From: Marsupella aquatica
Lineage: Eukaryota; Plantae; Marchantiophyta
Direction of reading: 5' to 3'
NCBI GenBank assembly: GCA_973895155.1
Contig: OZ316893.1
Span: 25,037,520 to 25,101,519, forward strand
Length of the DNA: 64,000 nucleotides
Shown here piece after piece: positions 25,505 to 37,507 of the stretch. The notes under the pieces were generated by a model. The model saw only the letters and a list, made by a program, of their open reading frames with translations. It had not been told where the DNA came from and did not search any database. A program made the position numbers and the translations under genes. Position 1 is the first letter of the stretch. Each line of letters opens with the position of its first letter.

Positions 25505-27683
25505 TTACGAGTCAATGACACTATGGATATCCTTAGCAAAGACAGTTGCCATCAACTTGTCCATGGGGGATGATACAGATGTAAGAGCCGACATGATATC
25601 AGGGTAGGTTACAATTCCCTGCAGAGTTCCATCTTCCTCTGTCACCCAGACGTGCGTGGTCCTGTAGGCCAGCATCTGAGCCATGACAGCTGCTACCGAA
25701 TTGGAAGATCTGCATGTGAGAGGCATGATCCTGCTCCGAATGCTAGAATACTTGCCTCTCCCTTTGTACTGCACTGCGCATGTCAACAAACAAACTTCAA
25801 GTAAATTACATGCAGCAGCAGACTGGGAATTAGAATGCAGATGCAGAATTTCTTATGTAATTGTAATAGCCTCGTCTGTCATTGCGGCATACAGACAGCA
25901 AATACGACAGTCGAGGCCAATCATAACAGTTTTCTGTACGCCAAGGAATATTTAAAGACAGACGTTGAGTAGAGAAATTGAAACGTACATTGATAGTTCA
26001 AATCTGTGAGACTTTTAGTCCATAATCTTTCATCCTCGGAAATTCCGGTACTACCACCAAAATGATCCACATATCCAGTAAAGTCACCAGCTGACAGTGC
26101 TGCTAGGGCTAGCGCCACCCTGAAGCCACATGTAACAAGCCTAATGGCAGATATTTCCCCGATCAACAGCTGTCTACCTCGCTCCGCCCCCTGAACCACA
26201 GCCACTGCTTGAGTGTGTGCTGGGGCCTGGGGCCAAACTCTGAGAGCTTTCTTCGCTGGGTCAGAACACAGAATAAGAGGAGGGCTTGTGTTGATGATGC
26301 CTTGACTGTGAATACTGGTTAGAGGAAATGGAGCAAGAGCACCAAGACAGCTCAGCAAAAAACGAGCGACATCTTCTACGGACAGGCAGCAATATCCCAC
26401 GGGTTTGTCCGGCTTGGAGAGTTTCAGCTCAAGGTTTAGTGGAATCAGCCTTTTGCTACTAAAGGAAGACCCCTTGCACAGTAGCTTTGAGACTAGTTGA
26501 GATCCCGAACCAAATGGGACCAGCAATCTTCTTGTGCCTTCGTTGATCAAAGTCAGAGCGTCGATTAACCTTCATTGGAAGGAAGAAAATTCACAGATGT
26601 TCAGAATGTGCTAATTAATCCAATTTCCTAATCTAGGTGGCTGGGTCTTGACATGCATTCATTACAAATTTGTGAAATGATGTGGCTCTTTTTCTCTTGT
26701 AGATGTACCAATCACTCGCCTCGTTTAGCACCGTTACATACTTTGAGTACATTGCTAATCGTAAATCCTCCATTCCATCGTCATCATTCTCTTGCGGGGT
26801 CCATTCAAAACAATGCGTGCAGACAGGTACCAAACTAAGGATGCACAGAAGTATTGCATGTTTAACGGAGCAGGACTGCCACTACTGTCAGATGTACTTG
26901 CCAGCAGTGTAAATGTTTTACCCCATTTTTTATATTAAAACTCTGTAAATCCAGCTGAATCTGTCTAGATCATGTAATGACACTGAACAAATGCTACTGT
27001 TCCCATATAAACTTACAACCACTTTAACATGAGACGCACTCCCACAGTGTAACAGTGCACCCTTTGGAGAACCAGAAGATGGGTGTTTGAAGCAAATTTG
27101 ATTTGCCCAGTACTCGAGTCTCGCGATGGGGCCGTCGATGCAGTGCGCTTGACTAAGAATTTTTTCAGATTGATTATTGACACGCGACCGGAGTTCTTAC
27201 TCACGTACGAAGTGACTCTATTTTGTGAGCTAGTCGTCTGTGATGTAGTGTGGATTGTGAACGGGGGAGTTTGAGAATGAAAGGAAAGGAGTTAGGGACA
27301 GCTGATGCTTACCTAGTTCCTGCTGGAACAATCCTCAGGAGACTTGGGTCCGGGGTCAAAATTTCAGAGACCGAGACGTCCAGAGCCGCGATGGGATCGG
27401 CCAAGCTGGAATCGGAGCCCAAGTGTCTCATGATATCCACCATGCTTAACACGCCCACGAACCGCTCCTCCTTGGCCGCTGAGGTCTCGTAAGTTTCAGG
27501 ATTTGCTCCAAATTTCTCCAGACTCTTCTTTCGTGACACCCTCCACACCGGCAACTCGAAGTCGCTCATTTCCATCAGCGTCTCCAACGCTTCCTTCACC
27601 GTCCTTGTCTGAAGGAATTCCTTGAATTTCGGTTTCCCCACTGTCAGATCTCCCACCACCCTTGAATACAAAATAGAAGCCAT
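25505..27683 (-). CDS. CBSX6: CBS domain-containing protein, CBSX6-like (exons 27683-27313, 26569-25989, 25773-25505)
   Basis: MASILYSRVVGDLTVGKP...RFVGVLSMVDI...PAGTR|LIDALTLINEGTRRLLVP...YCCLSVEDVARFLL...LIGEISA...ALSAGDF...PLTCRSSNSVAAVMAQMLAYRTTHVWVTEEDGTLQGIVTYPDI. Introns are GT-AG with matching phases. Confidence 0.9.
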
Positions 27684-27764
27684 GGTGATCGTCCCTCGCC
27701 ACCACCTGTTTGTCAATTCCCACTCCTCAACAGAACCCAGTTCTGCTCTGCTGGTTCAGTGTGG

Positions 27765-27794
27765 TTCTTCTTCTTCTTCTTCTTCTTCTTCTTC
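27765..27794. repeat. (TTC)10 microsatellite in the 5' region of the CBSX6-like gene
   Basis: Ten perfect TTC units. Confidence 0.95.
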
Positions 27795-29169
27795 CACCAA
27801 ACGGTGAGATCCTGTTTGATGAACGTGGAGTTCAATACACCTGCGCCTTGACGACACTCTGATCTCCACAGAGATCAAAGGATCTCGTATCTTCTTATTA
27901 AATAATTACTGTTGAAAAGAGCCATAGTCCGCATACTACCAGCACCAGAGATGAAAGTCGCCGTCGCCAACCTGGTGTAGAAGCTCACAAGCGCCTTTCC
28001 GACCATCGTTTTCGACTCTGAGAGAGACTTTGACAGCAATATGTAAGCTGCGACACCAACGACAGAAGTTCCACGTTGCAAAATTGAGATTGGCAGTTTG
28101 GCACGCTGCCCAAGACGATTAGTCAACTGCTTTTGAAAAATCCTCGTTCCGCCGCGCGAGACAACGACGAGAGATCTCCTCTTCACAACGGCTCTTCTCT
28201 AGAAAGATAGACACAGACAAGAGACTCAAGGAAAACAGGATTTGGCATGATCCTCCCGCAGCAGCTGCATTAGCAACAGTAGCTCTACCGAACGAAACAA
28301 CACCATATATCGATCGAGATTCTCTCCAGTAGAGACCACAGCAAGAGCCACAATTACGCGCTGGAAAAACTACAAACGCACATCACTCTCCACATGAGGA
28401 TTCGACAATTCGATGGCACCTTGCTTCAACAGAGCAGCGTCTCCGTCAATCCGTTCCAACGCAATCCAAATGCAGTCACGATTAAACAAAGTCGTCAATT
28501 CGCTCGACCGCCTGAATCATCAACAGAGCAAATGACAGCAATGCCGGTCGCTCAGCCCACCAATTCGCTCGAGCGGGAGAGCGATCGGGAGCTCCAACCC
28601 TAGCCGAATCGATGGATCACTTGGTCTCTCCTCTCAAACATCAACCAATTGCTCCACTGATCGGAAAGAATGGCTTCCACCGATCGCGCAATGCCGATTA
28701 TCCCATCCTCTCGAGCAAAAGTGGCGTTCATTCCTCTTTGGTTCGAAGAAAGAGGAAGAAAACGAAAAAGCACAGCGTTTCTTCTCCCGCGTGCGCTCGA
28801 GGGTCTCTCGGTGAGGGTTCCATGGCGGCGAGTGCTATATAGGCCGCCCCCGCAAGAGACAATTCCGGGCACGTTAGGTCCTCCAGTCCCCGGCTTATGC
28901 GGTCGCCCGTCCCGTCGGTCCCACCCATACGACCGGAGGTTGATTTGCAATAGTGAGTCTCAAACACATAAATACGAAAGTAATTAAAGGTTACAGGTGA
29001 GTCCCACTTACACCTCAAAATATGACATATAAGGTGTAAATATCCTTACATATCATGATAAATTCACTGTTTTTATTTAAATCAATGAGTGCACGCCTTA
29101 TATAATCACATTTTGATGTATGATTACTGGCAGTGTTATAAGTGTGTAACTATATTAGAAGATCTTTGC

Positions 29170-32100
29170 TATTTTAGTTAAGGGCAGTGGGGTTTTGTTA
29201 ATGGCTCTCGGCTCACCAGAGCTTGCCACGTATGTCACTTTATACTTCATTATTTGGGACCATATTTTGGGTGTATTTATACACATGCTCGTTTATTGGT
29301 ACAGCTTGCAGTTTTTTCAAAAACTGAAAATCTTTCATAGGGAGAAATCCCGCGGAGGGGATACAAATTTATTCATACGTAAAAATGATTTACAATTGAA
29401 TGACTCAAATCGAGTCTAAATCATATGAATGTTCTGGACACCAATGAATGTCCGCTAGCTGTTGTAATAGTAAGAATATCTGCTAGCTATAATAGTAAGA
29501 TTGTCCACTAACTGTTCTCATCTATAATCTATAGTATCTATAGTCTATATCTACAATCTATATCTACTAGATTGGCCTAAGGTATTGCCAAGCCTGATGC
29601 GCCTCCATCTCCGCCTGCAGCCCCTCCTCCAGCTCCTCCACCGTGTGGGCCAAAATTAAGGCTGAAGGTACAACCATTCATCGTGCAATTGGTCAAGGCT
29701 TTAATCTTATCAAACACAGTGTTGATGACAGGGTTACTAACAGTCAGACTTGGCCGAGGAGCCATGCCCCTAAATCCAGGTTGAGAACTCAATCCATCCC
29801 AATCAAGAGACTCCAAGAAAAACTTAAAGTCATTAAACTGTGGCTCTGAAGAAAAATGTGGCTCTGAAGAAAAATGCAAAGGAACATTGGAGTCTAGCTC
29901 CTGTAGGGACGCGTCCACAGTCTGAGCCTGAACCTCAGCTCGAGGAACAACCTCTGCCTCTGTTCGCACCACCTCCTCATTGGACTGAACTACTTGCACT
30001 GGGACGCTTAAGTCAGCAGACTTGATCCTAGACGGCAAGCTTGATTCAGCAGACTCGGACACTGCACACATACACCACAAAGATAAATCATTATTCCATA
30101 CAAGATAACAAGTTAAAGAGTCATACAAAACTTTTCAAGAAACACATAACTCATTTATTACCTTCAGATAGTGCTTCATCCTTTGATCTCTTTACCTGTG
30201 GTTCATCCATAGAAGCAGCAAGAGCCTCCACTGGTTCTTCGCATGTACCACCATCAATGAGCACTCGCTTCCCCTTCGCTGTTTCCAAACTCATCATTGA
30301 AGAGTAAGGAGTGCCGTCAGTGGCAGATCTCACTGTAGCACGTACTTGAGCCTCTGAACTGCGATCGTATCTTTCATAAGCACCTTCACTCTTGTGGCCA
30401 GAAATTTTCATACCAACCTTTGGTGGGACACCCTCGGCCCCCATTCGTGAGATACAAGTCGTGCGTCCAGTTTTATTAGAGACACCTTCAGTACCAAGGC
30501 CAGCCTCTTGGTGCAGAACTTTCAAACAAGAGCCGAGGGTTTTCTCACCAAGTCTCGACGTCGAGTACCATGCATGCGTCCTGGGGTACGTGGTCGATGC
30601 ATTGGTAAAACAGAAAGGTGGCACTCACTGGAAGATGGTGGATCAAGCTCCTCAATGTCTTGACCACATCCAAGTCATAGTTAATCACAGCCGGCCTGAA
30701 GTGTTCTTCTTGATATCGATCCATACTTATTCTATAGTTCTTACTAAGCCTCTCGTCGTACTTCACAAAGTTACCATGCACATCAGGACCACAAATAAAG
30801 TCACACTTCATTAGATTATACAGCTCCTTACCACCACGAATGCAAAACCGGTTTAGTAAAAAGAAAACTGCCCTTCGCTGCAGGCCTCGCGAATGTGAAA
30901 TTGAGGTGCTTGAATGAGCCAAAATAGTGGCTTCATCAGCAAATGTGATTACAGAAGCTTTCTTTCGAGGTAAGTTAGCCCCTGCATTCCTTGACCGCTC
31001 CATTACCAGCACACATGTAATAGCTACCGGCTTGAAAAGTGGAGAAGACCGCATGTCAAAAACTACCTCTTCCTTACCTGATTCAACGATGCGCTTCTCT
31101 TGCTTCTTCCTCAATATACGGTGAAATGCACGGTAAAGGCCCATCAAGGTTTGGGACGGATAGACCTTACCATCCTTCTTGCAGACCTGCTCAAAGAACT
31201 TGGTCAGGAGCAACACACAGTCGCGGCCAGACATATCCTCGAGCGGAATGGCAGTGTTCCATGTCTTAAACTCACGGAACTTGTTTAGGCGGTTCCTTGC
31301 CCACTGATCAACGGCTGTGCTTGGGTTGCTACCACCCTCGGCAAGGGTACGCTGGAACTGCGCATCTTCAGGTAGAAACTCACATGATGTGTCATTCGGG
31401 AGATTAACTGTTAGATGTTGCGGTATCAACGATTCAAGAAATATATCGGGGTTGCCATTCAGGTTCTGAATTTCAGACTCTAAACAGGAAAACGAATCTG
31501 CACCGGATGTATTTTCAATCAGAGGCTCAGATGCAGTTTTGCTCGAGTCTGCAGTAGTCGTTGTCATTACTGACATCCCAAGGCTGAATGAAGGGGCGAG
31601 CTCTCTGGTGGTCTCTGCTTCATCATTCACGAGGGAAGCAGGCGATCAGTTGGCCGAAGCCTCGTTTCGGCTCTACAATGATGCAAGATGAGTATTACAA
31701 GGGAACAAATCAATGAGTGTCGAACTGCTAGCGACCCCAAGCAGTCTACATCTGAAGCGATCCGAACGCCCCTCATCTTCATCGATGGAGTACTGAACGA
31801 AACTGAATGCAAGATAATAGTCGAAAACAACTTGGAATGTTTTCGGAGGCATGATCAAGCGACTTCGTCCTTAACTCCTTAACTAGATTTTACTGCTACA
31901 CAACGGCAACAGCAGTCAGAACGGCATCGAACAACAGTCAAGCTCAGCATTGACATGAACAGCAGCATCGACATCCACAACAGCATTGACATAAGCGTTG
32001 ATAACAACATCGACAAGATTCAGCGACATTGACATCAACAACAGCATTTTCAACATCGATTGCATTGAAGTTTAAAAGCAATCAAGTTCAGAATCAACAC

Positions 32101-32863
32101 ATTCAAAATGACTAGCAATTGATATATAACAAAAGGGCAGATGAAAACCAAACCACTTTACGCAGCTTGCAGCCCAATGAAGTTGCACCCAACTCACTGC
32201 AGCCGATCGTCCCGAGCTCAGAAAAACACCCTCAAGCTCTCAATGAACATGTTCTTGAGCTCTAAACTACTCAAGCTCTCGATGAAGTGGACGAAGCAAC
32301 CTGACTACGAAGAGAAGCTCCGCTGTCAAAGCTCTTGCTCAAGCTCTTGCTGACAAAGCTCTTGCTCAAGCTTGACGCAAACAAAGCGGAACGCCCGGCT
32401 GAGACGGAAACAGCCTGACGGCGTTTCCAAAAACTGCAATGGGAAGTGGCCGCATCCTGCTGCTCGCCCACCCTAAGTAACGCCCACCCTGGAATCCACC
32501 GGCCCACTCAACAAAATCTGGGCCGTTGATTGTTAAATGGAGGGCACAGATTAGCCGCGGATTGAGCACCTAAATGGATGACCTAGATTGGCCGCAGGAA
32601 GGGCAACCCTATGGACGGATCAGATTTGGCCGCAGGAAGCATATCGTCAAAGCAATTCCAAATGGAGGGCCATGATCTGCCTCGAGAAGGGAGATCCTGA
32701 ATGTAGGGCCAAGATTGGCCGCGGGTACAGCAGCAGAAGGAGGCACGGAAGGTCGTATGGCCTATTCCCGATCTGGACCGTTCACTGCTGGCTGGCAAGT
32801 GGATTCTTTCAATCTGGACCACCGATTCCAGCTTTCAAAAGCCCCCTACCTTTAACTTATATT
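29170..32863 (-). mobile_element. Crypton-like tyrosine-recombinase DNA transposon, apparently full length (~3.7 kb)
   Basis: Contains a DUF3504-type YR gene. Imperfect inverted repeats AGTTAAGGGCAGTGGGGTTTTG (29176-29197) and CAAAAGCCCCCTACCTTTAACT (32836-32857) match at 18/22. They are immediately flanked by TATTTT (29170-29175) and TATATT (32858-32863). Confidence 0.75.
29577..31576 (-). pseudogene. Crypton/DUF3504 (ZMYM/QRICH1/KCTD1-like) tyrosine recombinase, ~631 aa after repairing one frameshift; intron 30062-30161
   Basis: Motifs LTKFFEQVCKKDGKVYPSQTL, FCIRGGKEL, YDERLSKN, WYSTSRLGEKTL, VSNKTGRTTCISRM, MKISGHKSEGAYERY, and a C-terminal NCTMNGCTFSLNF. The phase-1 GT-AG intron joins the last exon in frame. 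A frameshift lies at 30570-30577. The start ATG is tentative. Confidence 0.88.
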
Positions 32864-32971
32864 TAGGGTCCCCCCATTCCTCCTTAATGAGGTATGGGGG
32901 CTTCCATATGCGGGTCGGCATACGGTCGCCCCCAATACCTCATTAAGGAGGAAGGAAGGACCATAAACATA
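32858..32971. repeat. ~115-bp palindrome/hairpin
   Basis: TTCCTCCTTAATGAGGTATGGGGGC (32877-32901) pairs with 32928-32953 with one bulge. Outer arms TATATTTAGGGTCC and GGACCATAAACATA match at 12/14. Confidence 0.85.
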
Positions 32972-35559
32972 TACATAAAAAATTTGTGCGGAAATTCATG
33001 ATGCTTCACTTTTCTTTGTACACATTTACATACTATAACAAAGGTTTGGGTTTGGGTCCTAGTTTTGGAAATTTTCTCCCAGAATACTCAGGAAGGTTTC
33101 CTAGTGGTACCATCACCCTTCCTAGTGGTACCATCACCTATTAGCATTTCTACATTTTCTGGTCACATGGTTTAACCCCGCTAACACTATACGCATTTCT
33201 ACACTTTCTGGTCACAGGGTTACAGTCTACTAACCCTGCACTAAACCCTGTAAGCAAACCAGCATTACCCATGTTTATGGCAACAACACATCCCTTGTAC
33301 GCAGACCAACATTACCCATGTTTATGGCAATGAAACATCCTTGGCTAGAAAGTCCCAATTTTGGTCTTTGGTCACAAGTGGAAGCACAAGCTTTTGCAAG
33401 TTTGTCACTTTTGTCTAGGAGTGCTGTAGTGGAGCATTGCTGAATTTATAGTGTCTTATAAAATTATTGTGGATTGATAAAAGTGCGCAAATGTGGAGAA
33501 GGGGAACTTAGAGTCAAGTGTGGTACATCAAGTGTCTTTATATAAAACACAATTTTGTTGTCATCTGACGGTGATGTGTAAACTGTAAGAATTTATATAC
33601 TATATAATATAATGATGAAGTACTAAAATAAAGTCCTGTTTATGCAGATGTATTTGAATGTCAATATTGTTGAACTATGACGTCTTCCTTCATGACGATA
33701 CAATCATGACTCATACCATGCCCACATAGTCGACACACTCCATATGTGGTTCACCTCTTCTCCAAGGCTACATCCACACAAACTTTGATAAACTTTAATT
33801 CAGAATAGTTGAACACACAAGCTCTCTCTCTTCCTCAAGTAATTTCGTTACAATGAGCAAGCACCATGTACCAATGGCTTACACTAGAACTAGTATATGC
33901 AAGGTCACACACGACTAACTTAACCTCAGCTAAGTTCCTAACTGTGGTTAACCTAATTGCCGTAACTATGAGTCACAAGACTAAGAGCAATCCTTGACAA
34001 ATACCAACTTACTAGCTTTGGTTCCTACAAATTGGTGTTGACCAAACCTAGTAAAGAAAATGCAAGAATTCAGGTTCAACTCATTTATTGGAATGGAACA
34101 TTGCTTTCAACCAGGAGTATTGGATTACAGGATCTATGTATGAATGAGACTATACAATACCTGGCTTTCTATTGGGTTTGTTGTTGGGTTATCAAGACTA
34201 TCAAGGAGAACTATCCTCTTAAGGTTAATCTCCTTTTGAGTTGGCAGTGATATGACCTTTACTTCATAAAACAACAATCACATGTGAAACATAAGAGATA
34301 TCGAGTTCACCTCACCAGAGACTACATACACAAAATTACACAAGAGAGTTTTAGTGGAGTCTAAGATTGTCCTTATCTCCAGGCTTGCTCAATAACAATG
34401 AGCTAAGTTCCAATCAGCAACTAAGTTTCACTAGTGAATATTTATTTAGTAGCACATCTAACCTTCACCAACCACTAGACTATGGTTAGACTTAGTACAA
34501 TGACATAGTAACTCTAGACCCCACACGTAGATGCCTAATATATTACTTCCATAGGACAGTGGTTACTGCAAGGTAGTGTACTTCGTTCATCCCTTTTCAA
34601 AATAAACTTAGCCTGTATTTTACAATTCTAGCATGAACTGGGATGTCGTTTTGGTACTTATATAGAAAGCAAACCTGAAAAGCTAAAAGGGGTAGCTCTC
34701 CTCGTTAAGGTGGCTGGGCTACCTTTGGTCTATTCAATTGACCTTTCCTTGGTGGCCCTAACCGCCATCTTGCAATTGTGCAATAAATAAAATGAAATCT
34801 GGCATGCATAATTTTTTAGGATTTTGCTGTATGCATTGGTTTGGCGTTGCTCTTCTAATCTTTCAAACTTATCTCAGGAGATGGACGCGTACTTAAGGGT
34901 GCTTGGTGACTAGAGTAGTTTTTGGTGACTTGGTACTTGTGCCTTTCCTCTTTGCTCATGGCCTCACAAAGTTTTCTCCCAATATTTGAAGCCGTCTCCA
35001 CATGTCATTGTTCTAATAGACAATTGTATAGCCTCTAATAGATTGTGAATGGCTTTCAAACAGGAGGTGGGCCTTTCATACTCTTCTCACATAATGACTG
35101 TAGTCAGTGACAAGTAGGTCACTTAGAACCATGAACTTACGAAACAAAACTCTGAAGAGTAGTCCAAAAGGGGAGGGATTATTATATTGAACCGTTTCTT
35201 TCTCATATACCATAGTAAAAGATGGGTCAGAGTGAGAACAACTATAGAGCTATAGAGAAGGTCTAGGAAAAGTATACTAAAGTCATGAAGTGACGTGAAA
35301 ACAATTCCAAAACATACACCTTGTCCACCACAAGTTCAACTAAAAATACATAATAAAGTAGTCTAAATTAAATACAGCATGACTCCCTGTGGGTGCTCTA
35401 CTGCTCTCGTCTCCCACCGTAATTGGCCGACTGCGGATGACTCACTTGCGGGTGCTCTCGTCACCTCCACTTGCTCGTCACCCTCGCTTTACTGCGCAGT
35501 CAATTCAATATTACCAACTTAAAGTATAACTATACTTTGTCCATTCCCCAAATGCGCAT

Positions 35560-35641
35560 GTGGTCGTGCCGGAGTGGTTATCGGGCATGACTAGAAATCA
35601 TGTGGGCTTTGCCCGCGCAGGTTCGAATCCTGCCGACCACG
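35560..35641 (+). tRNA. tRNA-Ser (anticodon AGA)
   Basis: GTGGTCG/CGACCAC acceptor stem, anticodon arm CATGA-CTAGAAA-TCATG, long variable arm and GGTTCGAATCC T-arm. A TTTT terminator follows, and TATA-like and CAA motifs lie upstream. Confidence 0.97.
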
Positions 35642-36399
35642 TTTTCCTCATGTGTTTATTAATCATCTGATTATTTCTGGTAACAAGGGCATACCCTTTT
35701 CACTCGGGAGTGTTAGTCCCTTGATTGTTTTTCTTTGTAATGGTTGGTGCTGTTTTGGAAAGGAATGTACAATCCAGATTAGGATAGGTGTATTATGAAA
35801 TTTCTCTACTTATTCTGAAAATAGTAAACACTGGAAAACCTCTTAGGCCAATAAGTGTATTCATGTGTTGCTCTCAGAGCATTATGCCAAGCAATAGCCC
35901 TCCAAAACTTGAATTAAAGTAATCATTTTTTAGGGCATTATAGCCCACTGTACTTTCAACAGGAAGTATATTAAAAAATGATCTCAGGTCCCTTGCCTCC
36001 CCCTTTTGACTGGTGATCATTTCAAGATAAATCCATAACCCTAATCAATCGTTAAGAATGGCCCAACACAGAAAAGTTATCAACACCATTATTTATGTAC
36101 CAAGCATCTTGCCCATTGAGCAAATTCATGCTCTCATGAGCTCAATTGTGAGCTCATCTCACTAGTTGTTGGACATATTTGGCTTGAATTGCCACTAGAT
36201 GACATCAAGGCCTGGGTGATAAAGGTACAAAGGAGATTTGCTGTATTCATATCAGTGGTGAGACAAGGGTAGTGCTTGAGCCAGGGATGGAAAGTGAACT
36301 TCAAATATCCGTGTAGGAGAGCATGTATCAATTTCCTCAAAGCAGGGGTTCACAAACTAATTGAATAGGATTATTAACCAGTTTCTTGATTTGGGCAGA

Positions 36400-36710
36400 C
36401 TGCAGTGTTTTGGTTCTTTGCACCCGCAGTCTTTGGGATAGATTGGAGACACCGGTTGGTGGTTTTTTCTCTGTGCCCGCTGGTCTTTGCCACCGCCGTC
36501 TTTGGGATAGATTGGAGACACCGGTTGGTGTTTTTTTCTCTGTGCCCTGCTTGTCTTTGCCACCACCGTCTTTGGGGTAGATTGTTTTTTTCTCAGTGCC
36601 CTGCTGGTCTTTGCCACCGCCGGTCTTGGGGTAGGATGGGGACCCTTATGGTTTCTTTTTCTCTATGCCCTGCTAGTCTTTGCCAGGAAGGGCTTTGGAA
36701 GAGATTGGGC
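36400..36710. repeat. ~55-70 bp tandem repeat, 4-5 copies
   Basis: Units of GTCTTTGGG.TAGATTGG...TTTTTCTCTGTGCCC..GTCTTTGCCACC.CC. Confidence 0.85.
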
Positions 36711-37009
36711 ACCTGTTATGTTGTGTTATGTTTTCTTTTCTTTTTAATTTATTGCAAAAAGTGGGAGGGGAGGCAACGTTTCTGTTCTCTGAATGTTTAA
36801 TCCTCAGCCAATCACAAACACGTCCTCCTGTCGAGTGTCAACATGCACAACCTTTCCTGAAGAAGAAGCTTCACTTCCCACTTTACATGGCCGTGGTAGT
36901 CAATTTCATTCCCTGGGCTTGGGGAAGCACAGACACTCCAAACACAGCACGCAGAGCACGTGAATCGCATGCTTCCTGAAGAAGACGCCGTCAGGAGAAG
37001 ACGGCATCA

Positions 37010-37420
37010 CTTTTGGAATCCAGTGGCTATTAAAAAAACAGATTCGAGTCCAATTGGTGGAGAGTCAAGAGAGGATTCAGAGTTTGGGGCTTAGAATTTC
37101 AATTGCTGAAGAAGAGTGAGGAGAGTATTCGAAGGTTGAAATTCATTTGCTGGAGCCAGGTCAGGGATCAATTGCCTAAGGAGAGTCACGTGGGTACTCT
37201 GTAATTCTTTGGGATCCGATTGGTGAAGGAGAGTCATGAGAACAGTCAATCAACTTCTAGGAATCCAATTGCTGAAAAAGAATCGGAGATAGGTCGGAAT
37301 TGTGAATCCAATTGTTGATGGAGAGTCGCAAGAGAATTTTATGGAATTTTGGAATACTATTTCTGAAGTTGAGTGAGGAGAGTTTTCAAACTTTCGAATC
37401 CAATTGCTGAAGGACACCAC
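37010..37420. repeat. Degenerate ~50-bp repeats upstream of the nsLTP
   Basis: About 8 recurrences of AATCCAATTG(C/G)TGAA...GAG(A)GT. Confidence 0.6.
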
Positions 37421-37507
37421 AGAGAGATTTCAGAGTGTCTCTGGGGTAACTTGTAAAGGTGGCCAACCGAACCAGGCAAACCCTTTCAACTGAATAATCT
37501 TGCAGCT

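Noticed and set aside
5523-27683. SnRK1 beta plus a CBS (gamma-like) gene as a functional cluster
   Set aside because: They are 19 kb apart, and CBSX6 is not an established SnRK1 subunit, so the proximity is probably chance.
28891-28908. CGGC.TA..CGGTCGCCC similarity to 32916-32931 as a Crypton terminus
   Set aside because: The match is short and gapped, and lies in the GC-rich probable promoter of the CBSX6-like gene. The 29170/32863 ends fit better.
29176-32857. Kolobok/piggyBac reading of the TTAA-GGG...CCT-TTAA ends
   Set aside because: The encoded enzyme is a tyrosine recombinase, not a DDE transposase, and the inverted match extends beyond TTAA. It remains a testable alternative.
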